Shown: positions 25,621 through 39,300 of the stretch, piece after piece
How the letters are laid out: the number at the start of each line of letters is the position of its first letter
How positions within the stretch are numbered: the stretch's first letter is position 1
DNA from: Phoronis australis
Taxonomy: Eukaryota > Animalia > Phoronida
Assembly (NCBI GenBank): GCA_002633005.1
Contig: NMRA01000805.1
Coordinates: forward strand, 59,656-123,655
Direction: 5' to 3'
DNA length: 64,000 nucleotides
Translations under genes and position numbers: made by a program
The notes under the pieces: generated by a model
Databases searched by the model: none
What the model was told of the DNA's origin: nothing
The model's input: only the letters and a program-made list of their open reading frames with translations

Positions 25621-26013
25621 CTTGGTCGAGTTACTCTCATGTACGCACCTGGGTGACCAAATGGTGAATTTTGAATACATTGTAATTGGGAATTTTGTAC
25701 ATCACAACGTAATTGTAATTTTAATTACAGTGTCAGTAGAAAACCGCACAGTACGCTCTACCTTATTTACCAGTGGAAAGAATTGTCAAACCTTAAAGGA
25801 TGTGCTGTATGTTACATTTCAGGGAATGTTACTATATATAATGACAGATTTTTATGATAGAAAATTAAAATATCGTGACTGCAAAGGAAGAAAACTCGTC
25901 ACCTTGCATTTTCGGCTATACGTCGGGGCCTAAGCCTTTGTGGAACGATATTGCGTACTGTTTACGAACTTTCATTAATGATTAACCTACTGCTGGGCTT
26001 GTTTACCGGTTAT

Positions 26014-26171
26014 CAGTGGCGGATTTAGAGGGGGACCAAGGGGGCCATGGCCCCCCTAAAAGTCTCCTAGATTCCATTTGGCAGTTCAGTGGTACGAATG
26101 TCTGACGGGCAAAATCCTGGCTAATACTCTGGCCTGCCCCCCCCCAAATAAAAATCCTGGATCCGCCCCTG
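26014..26171. mobile_element. MITE with CAGTGGCGGAT / ATCCGCCCCTG termini and 5-bp TSD (hAT-like)
   Basis: GTTAT duplicated at 26009-26013 and 26172-26176; empty paralogous site at 49280-49284. Confidence 0.85.
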
Positions 26172-27519
26172 GTTATTGCAATATTATAAACAATAAACAA
26201 GTCGCGGTCTGAAAATTACACCGCTCTAACCTACACCTAAGTCATAATTGAGTTTAATAGTGGATATTGTTAGATTTCAAAGTTCTCTTACAACAGTCCT
26301 TTGAACGAAGCGGCCCTGGAATTTTCAGATCGGGAAAATGAACGCTGGAAATACCTTGCAAACGAAACATTTCACAAGACAAACTGTTTCGTTTTGTGTT
26401 ATTCACAATCATTTTAAGCTTAAACTAATTGTCGAGAATTTAGAATAATCTTCAGATAAGCATCCGCCTATTTATAACTTTCGTACATTTTAAGTCATGG
26501 TTTTACAAAATACACATAATTGAGACGCTTAAGGTAAACATAATACAGATTATGATTTAAAAATGGTTACTAGTTTGTCGTTGCTTTTTCGTTTACCCTG
26601 AACAGCATGTTTGCAAAAACACGTTAGATTTCATTTGATAGTAAGTAGCTTGTTTCCCAACCTGTCCATCAGATATAGTTACCAGATCCTTGTCAGCGTC
26701 AACAAGCAGTGGTAAAATAATTATAAATTTATCATACACATACTAGCAAATATCGAGTCATTAAGAAATTAAGATTTTATGTTAAATTTCAAAATGTCCA
26801 ATCATTAACATGATCAGTTAATGACACGATCGGTTAATCAATAACCATGATCGATTTCACTGTTTTTATGAGGAGCCTCGAGACTTATTTTCTTTCGCGC
26901 GCTCAAACACGGAGCTCAAGTAGACGAGGCGAAATTAGTGCTCTGCCTCAGTGAACGCAGCACTCGAACTCCACGTGAGTTTGCAGCTCAAACCACTGCG
27001 ATAAACTGCTTTCATGAAAATAGATACCAATGAACATCTTTTTGCAAATAGTAGCCCACAAAATGAAGCAGATGGGCGTCTTTCGTTGTGAGCCGGTTTT
27101 CCTATCGGAAGTGAGGAACAGGTGTCGAGACTGTTTTTAAGTTATGGCTCATCTAGTTATAAACAGCCTGGCGACCATTCAGCATCACTGGGTGTATGAC
27201 GTGCTTCATTCTACTACTTTCAAAATTATCGTAAAATTTATTTACCATCGATGTTTTCTAGAAGTTAGTACATTCATATTTTTTAAAAATATGAATGTAC
27301 TCGAGCGCTTATCACAGTAACATTTCTCGTATCACCTGTGCATGTACGTGTAGTGATCGCGTGGTGACCGCGGCGAAATGATTGCCGTGTCTCACTTTGT
27401 ATGTCTCCAGCTTTTGCTCTGTGGTGGTATTACTGCGTCCTTTTATTATTCACCCACATATTTATATGTGGATGCATATTGCCGTCAACTCTGTCTAGTT
27501 AAATCAGTTTTTGGCCACA

Positions 27520-28840
27520 ATATGATTAAAACCCGGACGATCGCCGCACAAATAAAAAAGTTCATGTTTAATTCAAAAGACGAAACGTTGAACTGAACAT
27601 GAACTTTTTTATTTGTGCGGCGATCGTTCGGTTATTAACTCTGTCTAGGCATCCGGGTGTCAGAGCGCCCGGGCGTCCCAGCGTCCGGCTGTATCTCCTA
27701 AATCTTGCAGGATCTTATTGAAATTTGGCAGGTGTGTTCCTATAGGGTTGACAACAGAGGGTGGCGAGTTTCGGACCGACCCCTCTTTGCTCCCTAGTGG
27801 CGATTTTAGTTTTTTACGTTGTCCTCAACCGATTTTCATGAAATTAGGCACATATGCATCTACTAATGAGAAAACGCTATCCTCCCGCTTTCGGATGGAT
27901 TCGAGGCATTTTGCTCCATCTAGTGGCCACTATACTATTTTCAAGTCTGTTTTTGGCGTCCGCCCTCTCAACAAACCATTCTAAGGATGATTGTTAGAAG
28001 TTGGTTGTATGTTCTTACTTTGAAGAGGACGGTTGACAATGATTTTCCGACGACTTCGACTACTGTGGCGCCTCCCAGTGGCAATTGTTTTTTGTGCTCA
28101 TTGTTGTATCTCCTAAGCCCTCTGCATGATCTTTATTAAATTTAGCGAGTGTACTTATATGAGGTTGACAATGGAAGACGACGACTTTCAGACAGATACG
28201 ACGAACACTGTGCCCCCTAGTGGCAATTTCATTTTTTTTCGTTTTCCTCTGTTTTTCTAATGTTCCTTGGTGGATTTTCATGAAATTTGGTGAAGAGCTT
28301 TCTGTTAAAAAACGATGACATTTCCCATTTTCGGACAGATTCGATGTAGTTTGCGCCATCTAGTGGCCATTTTTTTACTGTTTTCTAGTCTGTTTTTGAC
28401 GTCCGCCTCCTGTCAACCAAACCACTGTTAGGATGATTGTGATAATTGGCTTGTATGTTCTTAGTGTAAATAGTACTGTTGACGATGATTTTCCAACGAC
28501 TTCGATCACTGTGGTGCCTCCTACTGACAATTTTGGTTATTTTTTGCGCCCATAGCTGTATCTCCTAAGCCGTCTGCAAGATCTTTATTAAAGTTAGAAT
28601 TTAGCATGTGTATTTATATGAAGTTGACAACGGAAGACGACGACTTTCAGACGGATCCGACGACCTCTGTGCCCCTTAGGGGCAATTTTATTTATTTACG
28701 TTTCTTCCTCTGTTTCTCTAAAGTTCCGTGACGGATTTTCATGAAATGTAGTGAATATCTTTCTCTTAAAGAAACGGTGACGTTTTCTCGTTTTTGGATA
28801 GATTCGAAGTATTTTGCACCATCCAGTGGACATTTTTACG
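27520..28840. mobile_element. Helentron/HINE (DINE-1)-like element: terminal palindrome plus ~3 internal tandem units of ~415-450 bp
   Basis: Perfect 32-bp inverted repeat 27537-27568 / 27596-27627; tgtatctcctaa recurs at ~27690, 28105, 28557 and gattttcatgaaat at ~27831, 28273, 28734. Class assignment is by architecture only. Confidence 0.6.
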
Positions 28841-30897
28841 ATACAAATAAACACCCTTAGAAGAACACCGTTTGCAGTGCATTCGTGGGCGTATTTCAAA
28901 GCTCCTCGTTGCTCTTGTTTCCACTTGAGAATGAAACAAGTATTCTTCGAAAAACCGCGTGTCCTTTATTCACGTCCCTTGGTCATTTGCTTTTCCAAAG
29001 CTCTGTTGAGTGTCGAACTGCGTTCAGAGGGTACGAACGGAACGCAATAATGACTGTTAATAACGACAAGTGTCGTGTATTCAACCAAATTTTACATATC
29101 GGAAAACTTGCTGCCGAAGTACAGTCAGATAAGAGATTGGAGATCTAATGGATGTGACATGCGTATTGTGAAATAAGATGGACATTTATGTGCACTCAGT
29201 GCTGGTTTATGACAGTAGGCCCATTACGTTTATGTGAATTATAACTCGAGTAATATGAGTCGTCCCAATTTGCTTCCTTCTAGGCACTGTTTATCCAAAC
29301 GTTCGTCCTATCTCCCGTACCGATTCCAAATGCCTATCTAGGGATGTGTACCTCGCTTATCCCAACACCGTCTGTGTTTTAACGTTATTCACAGTCATTT
29401 TTCGGGAACGGAAAGGCTGCTCTCGTGCCTCTAAGGGTTTCTTTCAAACCCATGCAAGCGGTTTCCAACCATCATACCATCCTCAAGGATGTCTTGCTTT
29501 CTTTTAGAAACGTGAAAATAAGAGGTCTCTATGAATACTTGGTATTAGCTTGTTGTTTTTGTGTCGTGCAGTCTTCTATGAAGGCTATATCGTCACATCT
29601 AGGGCAGCGTAGACTCATACATGAAGGCTATTGTCACCTAATTTACTCTAAATTGAGAGATGTATATAGCTAACTTTTACCGTGACTCCATCAAGGCCAG
29701 TTTATGAGCTGTCTGCCAGACAATTTAATACAAGACATTTACGATACTTCTTTCTTCCGATGTCCCATGGCGAAAAATAACCAGAATGGACAAATCTGCG
29801 TTTTGCACAACTGCATGCCAGGACATACCCGCCGTAAGGCGTATTAGAGTGTTACCCATCGACACCATCTTTNGATACAAATAAACACCCTTAGAAGAAC
29901 ACCGTTTGCAGTGCATTCGTGGGCGTATTTCAAAGCTCCTTGTTGCTCTTGTTTCCACTTGAGAATGAAACAAGTATTCTTCGAAATACCGCGTGTCCTT
30001 TAGTCACGTCCCTTGGTCATTTGCTTTTCCAAAGCTCTGTTGAGTGTCGAACTGCGTTCAGAGGGTACGAACGGAACGCAATAATGACTGTTAATAACGA
30101 CAAGTGTCGTGTATTCAACCAATTTTACGTATCGGAAAACTTGCTGCCGAAGTACAGTCAGATAAGAGATTGGAGATCTAATGGATGTGACATGCGTACT
30201 GTGAAATAAGATGGACATTTATGTGCACTCAGTCCTGGTTTATGACAGTAGGCCCATTACGTTTATGTGGATTATAACTCGAGCGATATGAGTCGTCCCA
30301 ATTTGCTTCCTTCTGGGCAGTATTTATCCAAACGTTCGTTCTATCTCCCGTACCGATTCCAAATGCCTATCTAGGGATACGTACCTCGCTTATCCCAACA
30401 CCATCTGTGTTTTAACGTTATTCACAGACATTCTTCGGGAACGGAAAGGCTGCTCTCGTGCCTCTGAGGGTTTCTTTCAAACCCATGCAAGCGGTTTCCA
30501 ACCATCATACCATCCTCAAGGATGTCTTGCTTTCTTTTAGAAACGTGAAAGTAAGAGGTCTCTATGAATACTTGGTATTAGCTTGTTGTTTTTGTGTCGT
30601 GCAGTCTTCTATGAAGGCTATATCGTCACATCTGGGGCAGCGTAGACTCATACATGAAGGCTATTGTCACCTAATTTACTCTAAATTGAGAGATGTATAT
30701 AGCTAACTTTTACCGTGACTCCATCAAGGCCAGTTTATGAGCTGTCTGCCAGACAATTTAAGACAAGACATTTACGATACTTCTTTCTTCCGATGTCCCA
30801 TGGCGAAAAATAACCAGAATGGACAAATCTGCGTTTTGCACAACTGCATGCCAGGACATACCCGCCGTAAGGCGTATTACCCATCGACACCATCTTT
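28840..30897. repeat. Near-identical ~1 kb tandem duplication (28840-29872 and 29874-30897) joined at a single N; likely assembly artefact
   Basis: Junction is exactly the N at 29873; copies differ by few SNPs/indels. Confidence 0.9.
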
Positions 30898-33393
30898 GTC
30901 CCTGTATGTTCGTTTACACCCAGCGGCATACAAAACCACACACGATTGTCTTGACGACAAACCATGTTACCCACAAGTAAAACAACAAAGAAGAGATGCC
31001 CATTCTTTGATTTAAAAGTATCCCCATTGTGGGCAACTGGTGTCATGAACATTCTTATTGGGTAAGGTCACTTAGAGTCTTGCACTTCAACGATTATGGA
31101 CTGAGGCAAATCCGAGAAAGGCATCGATCCATTTCCCATTGGTTGCGACTACCTTTTTCCCACATTCCTTGCCACTCCTCTACCAGGGTCACAACCCCCA
31201 CGCGGGTTGTGGCTGTGGACAGGATTCATTTTGTTCATCCATGAACAACATGTGGCACATACTGAGCGACAACACCACGTTCCTTACAATATAGCTTTTT
31301 ATCACTCCGGCTGGTCTGCTCACTCAGCTTGTCCGGAACCTGCTTTGCAGGTTGTTATAGCCCAGTTGGCTGTTTGATGTACCCACTTGGTACTTTATTA
31401 TATGATTTTTGCCCATTTGGCAGTTGTACCCATTTGGTACTTGTTATAGATTTTGCCGTTTTGCTCGACCCAGTTGGTAGGCAATCGACCAATACACATT
31501 ATGTATCCATTTGTTACTATGCTAACCTGTGCCACTTAGTATTCGATACTCAATTACACATTAGGTATCGTAAATGTGTGTGTTATCTCTTGTAATTAAG
31601 CAATCCATCTGGTTCCTTCTGTGAAATATTCATTTGTAGAGCTGAAATTCCCGATACAACATAAAATATATATTATTGTTGTTGTTTTGTTTGTCCCCAA
31701 TAACTAGATTCATCACTTTCGTGTCAGCCGTCCTTTCGAAGCTATGCAGTGTTCAGCCTTTAGTGATGAAACTTGACATCAACTGTCAAAACTCGACACT
31801 GCTAGAAATGCCCCCTTCAATCCTTTTACGGTTTAGCATATTCGAGACATTCTTACCGATTGATTAGACAAGTTACGTTCAGCCAAATGTACTTTAAACA
31901 CGAAAGTACGTAACTCATTGTTGATAGGATATTTCCTAATCAACACGAGGTAAAGTTCACTCCTTGAAAGGTAAGACTCGTAAATTATTGTAATCATACA
32001 GTAGATTAGACTCATATTTCAGTTATCGATAGCTTTATTTAGAACACACAATACAATGTAATGCAATATATAACAAGGTACAATATACAAAACACGTTTT
32101 CTAACATTACGCAACTTTAACACTAGTAATTTGATGAGTAGCAAAACAAAACTCGTCGGAACCTCTACATTAATCACAATGTAATTTTAGATAGCAAAAA
32201 TTGTCATTGACAGTTTCTTGTGACGAACAGCCTTGTACGCGTGGATTCTCACTGGATGAAGCGACATTAAACCATGCAGGGCATTTGTCAAAAACAAATT
32301 TTGATTTAGGCCACTTGTCTTGCTTCTTATTCAGTTAAGAAGTGATCGCTGTGCTCATGAAGAACTGACAGTTGGCATTATTTTTTCAGAGCAAGCGCAC
32401 AACGCAGGTGACGGCGAGACCTGAATTGTTCGATGCTTGATTTGAAGAAGGAACTGTCAGTTCTTTCCAAGTTAAGAAATCGCACTTATTTTGACTGAGG
32501 AGCAATTTGAGACCAAAATCATCTCGATAAGTTGACTACATAAAAACAAAAAGCATGTGGGATTTTAATACCGCTTGTAAATTCATTCACAGTATTTAGG
32601 TATCAAAAAACGAAAAATAAATTAAGCCACATAAACTCCTTAAACCGACCTCATACCTTACCGTGATAGGACGTGACGTCCGTTACCAGCAAGAACATTG
32701 ATGCCATCAGAGACTCGATAAAACGCTTCATATGAAAATGTATTTAGGTTGGTCAACCCTAAAGTCGCTTATTGCACGCCTTGCCTATAACTTGAATTGC
32801 CCGCTCATTCGGTAACAATTCAAGACTAAATAAGTGTGGCAATGTTCTTAAACCCTAAAGCGCCTCAACATTCATAGCTAAACAGCGGCGAAGCTCCCTT
32901 GTAATTTTGTCACATTCATAAGGACTAATGTTCCCCGCCGCGCTGATGGCAATAGAGTGAACCGCCCGCCAATGCACAGAATTCTTGATAGTCTGAGATC
33001 CTATGCTCTCAGTTTATGCTGTATAATATTTTCACATTTATTGTGCTCGGTTTTACGGTTATTAGGTTAATATAAGACCCTGTTACGCAGATGTTCTGGT
33101 CAAGCTGGCAAAATGTTCGACCGCATATTGAGAAATTATCTGTAAACTTGAAACTCCTGGAGCGGGAATTCACAGGAGCTGTTCAGTTAAACATTTTTTT
33201 AGTGGCAACACCAAACGCTATGAAAGCGCGCAAGAACCAGCATTTTCTTATAAAATGTGTACACCTGATGTAAATGTACTGCACGATTTACAAATAAACC
33301 AATCAATCAAATTTCGGCAGACAAACTGCACTTTGAAAGTCATTCGTTCAACCTTCTATTTATGCTGTAATTCTGAAGTGGTTTAAGTAAAAT

Positions 33394-36300
33394 TTACAGA
33401 TGCGTGTCCACTGGGTTTTCACCAGGGTCAGCCACATAAATTCTATGGTCGTTATTTCTCGAAGATTCTCGTAATACGCGAACGGCGTCTTCAACCGTGG
33501 GTGCCTGTTGAAAGTCCTTAATGTTGAACTTCTTCAATGTCTTTTCCACGTATCTCTGCAAAAACGTCTCAGATTTAGATCGTGTGTGGTGCACATGTGT
33601 TGGGGAAGAATATTTCAATAGAGTAATAGACAGTTCGACATTTTTTCGTGTATAAAATCCCTATCCTTGTGACCGGAGTTATCTTGAAACATAAGAATGT
33701 CTCCGCGAATTAAGGCCGCTATAAACTCGCGTTTTGCACAAAAAGGCTTCCTCCAAACTTTTGATTGAGACCTCTCACCGTTATAAAATTGGTCTCAGCT
33801 TGTTCCTTACTCAGATGAAGAGTGACTTCTGGGTTTGTAAAGAAGTAACAGTTCGTAGTTCCTTGAGATCATGCTCGGTGCATAAAATGACACACCGTGA
33901 CAAGTCAACTTGTAGATACTGATCTCAAGCAGTAACGAAATGTGAGTTCTTTCGAAGCAACGATTTGAAGCCAATCTCATAACGGTAAGTCGTCTACATC
34001 AAAAATTATGATGGATGGCCAGTTTATTGCCTCTGTAACTATTTCGCATAGGTAGTCATCCGTTAATTAGCCAATCTTACTTACATGCAACTTGTCCTTT
34101 AACTTGACTAAGCATGCGCGACGAGAAACTCAGTGGAATTCATTCACATGAGGAAAATTCAATTCAAAACGTTTCAGCTTCAAAGTTTTGAAATGCTTCT
34201 AAGACTCCAACTTAATTTTTCGTAAAAGAGTAAAGTCAAAACTCACATGTCCGTTTAAGCAGGCGTAAACAACTTTGACGTTGCGACTAGACAAGTCATC
34301 ATGCCACGATTCAAGAAAGTGGATGCCAGACGTATCGATGAAATACACGTGGGTAAAGTCGATCACCACCCCCAAACAACTCTCATCTGCAAGGTAACGT
34401 CGCGTTATGCAACAATACGTGTCTAGAAATAGAACTTCGCAACATTACCTGTTTATGTTAGCTTAATGTTGTTTCACTGATTAAACGAGACCACACCAAG
34501 TGGACGGAAGTGTTGCTAATGGGAAAGCAAACTCAGTAAGGATCCCGAGAGAAGCAAGGGACCTTCCTGTAGAAATGCCTGGATTTATGTGAATCACGTG
34601 GACCCCTTATTACACGAACGTCTCTACGCAGATGAACTATTTTTATTCTTATTTTTTCAAGTGTAAAGAAGAGGAACCTTTATTGACTTGCGCCACCTAG
34701 TGAACATCGAGTTCCCCATTAGAAGAAGAAACATGAAAACGAAAAAAGCTTGAGAGTTAGAATACGTCGAGAGTCGTCCATGACTCCAGAGGGAAGCCGT
34801 ATGAAGATAAACATGAATCGACTTTCCATGAACAGAGCCTTGGGTAATCGTCTTATTCCTAACCCGGCTTATAAATTACAAGAGCATGCGACCATACTGA
34901 ACCCGTGTTGAATGTGCGACATAAGCTCTGTTTGTTCATACCTTCGTGAACTTCATTCAGTATACGGTCTCGAAGAGTTTCCACTTGGGTGAAGTAAAGT
35001 CCTCCTGACGGCTGGAATATCAGTACCTCACGAGATGTCGTCAGTGACTACGAAAGCATGTGAAAAACTGGCATTAGATGAAATATGTGCATACTATCGT
35101 GACACATGTTATCCTCTTTTTACACCATATGGGTGTTTTTTTTTTCAGTTATCTTTCCTCTAGGTCGTCACGATACGTTCCTTGTATGGTTAGGAGCACG
35201 TGAAGAATTTTGTTGCTATTTTGCTCTCACTTTTTGAGAAGAAAGCAGAGTACAAAACTGTAACAAGTAGATCGGTAGGCAAACATAAACACTGAAAACT
35301 TAGCAGTCGACATTCTAGTCCTCTTTATGTCCTGTTTATTCCTGGATTATCCATTACGCACAAGTATCCACAGAGGGCACCCTCGAACAGTCGTGGAGAC
35401 TTAAAACCGTGGCGACGGGCGTAGGCTAACTGCTAAATTGTGGTCACGTATGTACCTCGGAGCCTGCGACTGGGGCGTGCATGGGAAATTTGGGACGACG
35501 GAGGGAAGCTCAAATTACTAGGACCACTGAGTTTTTGTAGCCTTCGCCCTCCAAGAATAGAAACCGCACCGGTACTGCTGTGTTCCTAAGTGCAAGTTGC
35601 ATATCATTGGGGTCTAGTCTACTCACAACTATTCCGTCGTCTCCGTGATTCAGTCCATTGTTGTCACCACCCTCTTCCAACTTCGCGTGTTTAACCAGAA
35701 TTTTTGAGTGTGCTTGTGAGTATAGAATAATGCCAATCGACAGCCCAATGCTGGTGACGATGCCAACCTGAGGTATATCAAAAATTAAATTGGCTTGACG
35801 TCTTTTTTGCATCTCATGCAATTTTCGAATAGCTATAATTGTCAGAAGTCTTCTTGAACTTTGTTAGACATCCAAATAATCAAATACTGTTAAGGCGAGG
35901 CATCTACGCGGCTCGTCGTAGTTACTTTCCAAAGCAAAATAATTCTGTGATAGGGAAATTAAAACATTGTACAACAATATGCAGTTTCAACATTTTCATG
36001 ACTAAGCAACCTACCTCAATGTCGTCGAAGATCGCCAAAAAGAACATAAAGAGGAAGGGGAAGAAATCCGCTTCTGAAAAAAATTCAAAGATTGTTAACA
36101 AATTACATTTCCTGGAATGCTTTTAGATAACAAATTGATTTCTTAATTTGTATAGCCAAAGAGTTTAAGCCTGAGATGTGACACAAACACGAGGCACTTT
36201 TCTCTCTGATATGACACACGGAGTGAAACCAATTTCATCCTTGTGCGAATGCACTGACGATAAATTTTGATTTTTTTATAAACCCAATGTACATATTTTG

Positions 36301-39300
36301 TTGTTTTTACAAGCGCAGTCTCACTTTTAGCTTTCCACGTCTTACAGATGAAGGTTACATCAAACATCCCTGCTACATCAGTCATGATAATGGCCGCCAG
36401 TGCAGCGGTTGGTATGTACTGGATGTAGGGAGTCAATGTGCCCACCACAAGGACCACAACGAGGCCAGTGAAAACGCCACCTAGCTGAGACTTCACACCT
36501 GCTTTTGCATTAGCTGCTGAACTGAAAGTAGATCAATAGACAAAGTTGTGCATAAAACGTAATTTAAGTATCCGTAACGTAAGTAACATACAATAATTAA
36601 ATCTGCATGCCCCCCTGTTCAACTGACTAAAAATAAAAACAGAATTAGGCCTTTTACTCTCATAAAATCGGTCACATAATATTCCTTTCCGTGAAGGAAT
36701 CTCATTCCCATTACCATCTCTAGTCACAGGCGCTATGTTCAAATTCGTTATTATGGGTTGGCCAAGTATTACGAAAATATCTTATAGGGTCATATAGGGA
36801 TTCCTATTGGAATTTGTATTCATATGATCATACAGCATTCCAATAGGAAATCCAATAGGATCCTATAGGAAACTGCGTTGGATTCGAATAAGATGGTACA
36901 GGAATAGTTATCAGCAATCTTATAGGAAATCCTATTGGATCTTGTTGGATCCTAAAAGATATTGGTACAAATTTCATAGCAACCCAATAGGAAACTTTCA
37001 TGGAAAATTTTCGTAAGGTAACGACAATAAACTCTGAAGTGATAGTTTTCTCGATTCACTGATAGTTTCTATGCTCGATTTTCGTTTTTTAGCCAGCTAA
37101 ACAGGGCGAAATGCAGCTTTTAAGTTTGCAACTACGTGTTTCATTTTGTTTTCCCTTTCATGAAGCATGACTTCTAATATCTTTATTTTGTAATTACAAT
37201 TGAGTAATTAGGTTTACTGCTGATGTAGGTACATCCGAAGACAACACGGATTTGAAGTTTCTGAACAACACATACGAACCAAGGGTTTGCTTATTCGTGT
37301 ATCAAAATATGTCATATAATGCAAAAGGGTTTCGTTTTTATTGCGCTAAAATTTTACCTGGAGTGACTGGCGCTGACTGGAATGGCGCCAATGAAACAGC
37401 CAAGAAGATTGGCGACACCCACTGTGAACGTCTCCTGGGAGTAATCCAAGCGGTACCCGCTCTTGAAGGCTACAAAGGAAACCAATCAGGTCACAATAAA
37501 ACGGTATTAAATCCATGCTTTCACTTAAAAACCAAGTTTTGATCACCTCGTGACCTGAAATTTTATGATCTTTCCGAGCCCAGAAAACACTTCTAACTTG
37601 AGTAAGGAATAAGATAAGATCAATTTTATAGCAGTGATTAATCAAAATAGAAATTTATTTTTGACAGAACGCACGGGTTTAATGCCGCAATAATTTGAAG
37701 CACATAAACTTATGGACCCAATGTGAATGTCAGAGCTATCATCTTTTGGTTCTTGTATGCTCTGATGATATCAAGTTGAAAGCAATTACTCGTCGGAAAC
37801 AATGGAAAATAAGCGAAAGAATTGAGAATGTATACAGAAGATAAACAACTCTGTTTATCTTTCTCATCGTGTACCTCTTGAAGAAAAGGAAATTGGACCT
37901 ACCCATTGCCTTCCCTACAGCCAACGCCTCCAGAACGCTGACCAAAGGCATTGTGAAGAATCCACCGCCAATTCTCTGGAAAATGGGAATCGTGAAACAT
38001 TTTCAAACCTTCTTATTTTGGATTGTCTCACTTTGGGAGGCCTGTTGGTCATATTGTTAACAATAGTCGGACTTCCGATAGACACTTTTGAAATGCAAGA
38101 CCTCCTGAAGGATGGTAAATCCTTGTTTAGCCTGTTACTCAACGACTTTTGTGAGACACAACGATTAGCACACATTGAAACAAGATGACTGCCAAATCAC
38201 TAACTTCGAACAGCAGGATGTATTTTGCGACACAAAGAGAACAGTAATGCTCCAACATCCTGTGGCAGAACCAAGATGAAATGACAAAAAGAGCTTACAG
38301 TGTCATTTTAATGATTACCAGGCTTAGTTGCGTGATGCAAAGGTAACATACGTACTTTGTATATGGCACCAGTCGAAACAGTGATGTTGTCGTACTCTAA
38401 GGTGAGATTAGGTATTCTCCACAGCGGGAGTCCATCAGGTACCCCCGTTTCGCCAACCAAGGTGACGTTGGGAATGCCCGTTATTTCATCGGCCACTAAG
38501 CTGGCCCCGACTGCTGCAGAGCAAATGACAACTATGGCGTAGCGAGCTGCAATCAAAATAATTCCATTTTGACCTAAGCAGAAAAAATCGACTGAGAACC
38601 CAAAGAAGTGAAACAAAAAATGTTGTATTTCGACAGTGAATTCTGTAAAGTTCAATTTTAAGACTAGCCCCCAAACGAAACACGAAGCCTTTATGTCATT
38701 TCAAAGATAATAAATGAGTATCTGGTGTTGGATTGTACATGAAAAAGTCTGCTTCAAGATTCTACACCAAAATCAGTTCCGTGATTGAGAAATTTTGTCT
38801 TGACAGCAGAGCCCTGGTTTTGACATGGTTTGACGGCACTGTAATAACGAACATTGACCTAAGTGGATATACCTGCACCGAGGAAAGACGCAACAGCCAG
38901 CAGAATCCTTTTCGAACGCGGTGTGTCTTTAGTAACTTTTTTGCTCAATGTTTCGCCCACATCCATTATTCCCTGAATAATAAAATCGTATTTCGTTATC
39001 ATAATCAATCCAAAAGTAATTGCCAGCTTCGTTATTAGAAAAGTTGATGATCGTTTGTCCTGTGACAATGTTCAGTGTTAAACGGACTTATGGGATATTA
39101 CGCCATAAAACATTCACAACATTGTTAGTCACGAAAAAGTAAACGGAAGCAACATCTGGTCAACAATTAAATTGATCAATACGTTCTGAAAAGACGAATA
39201 TTCTAAATATCCATGGATGACAGAACCAAAATTTACACCATATCCTGTATGACCACGTGACCAATTTACCAATTTACCTTCAGGGTGAGCAGAACCACGA

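Noticed and set aside
37544-37600. Apparent SLC26 exon ARKDHKISGHE in the 37346-37645 ORF
   Set aside because: No AG at the required acceptor; the exon at 37469-37358 supplies the expected GYRLDYSQE segment in the right phase.
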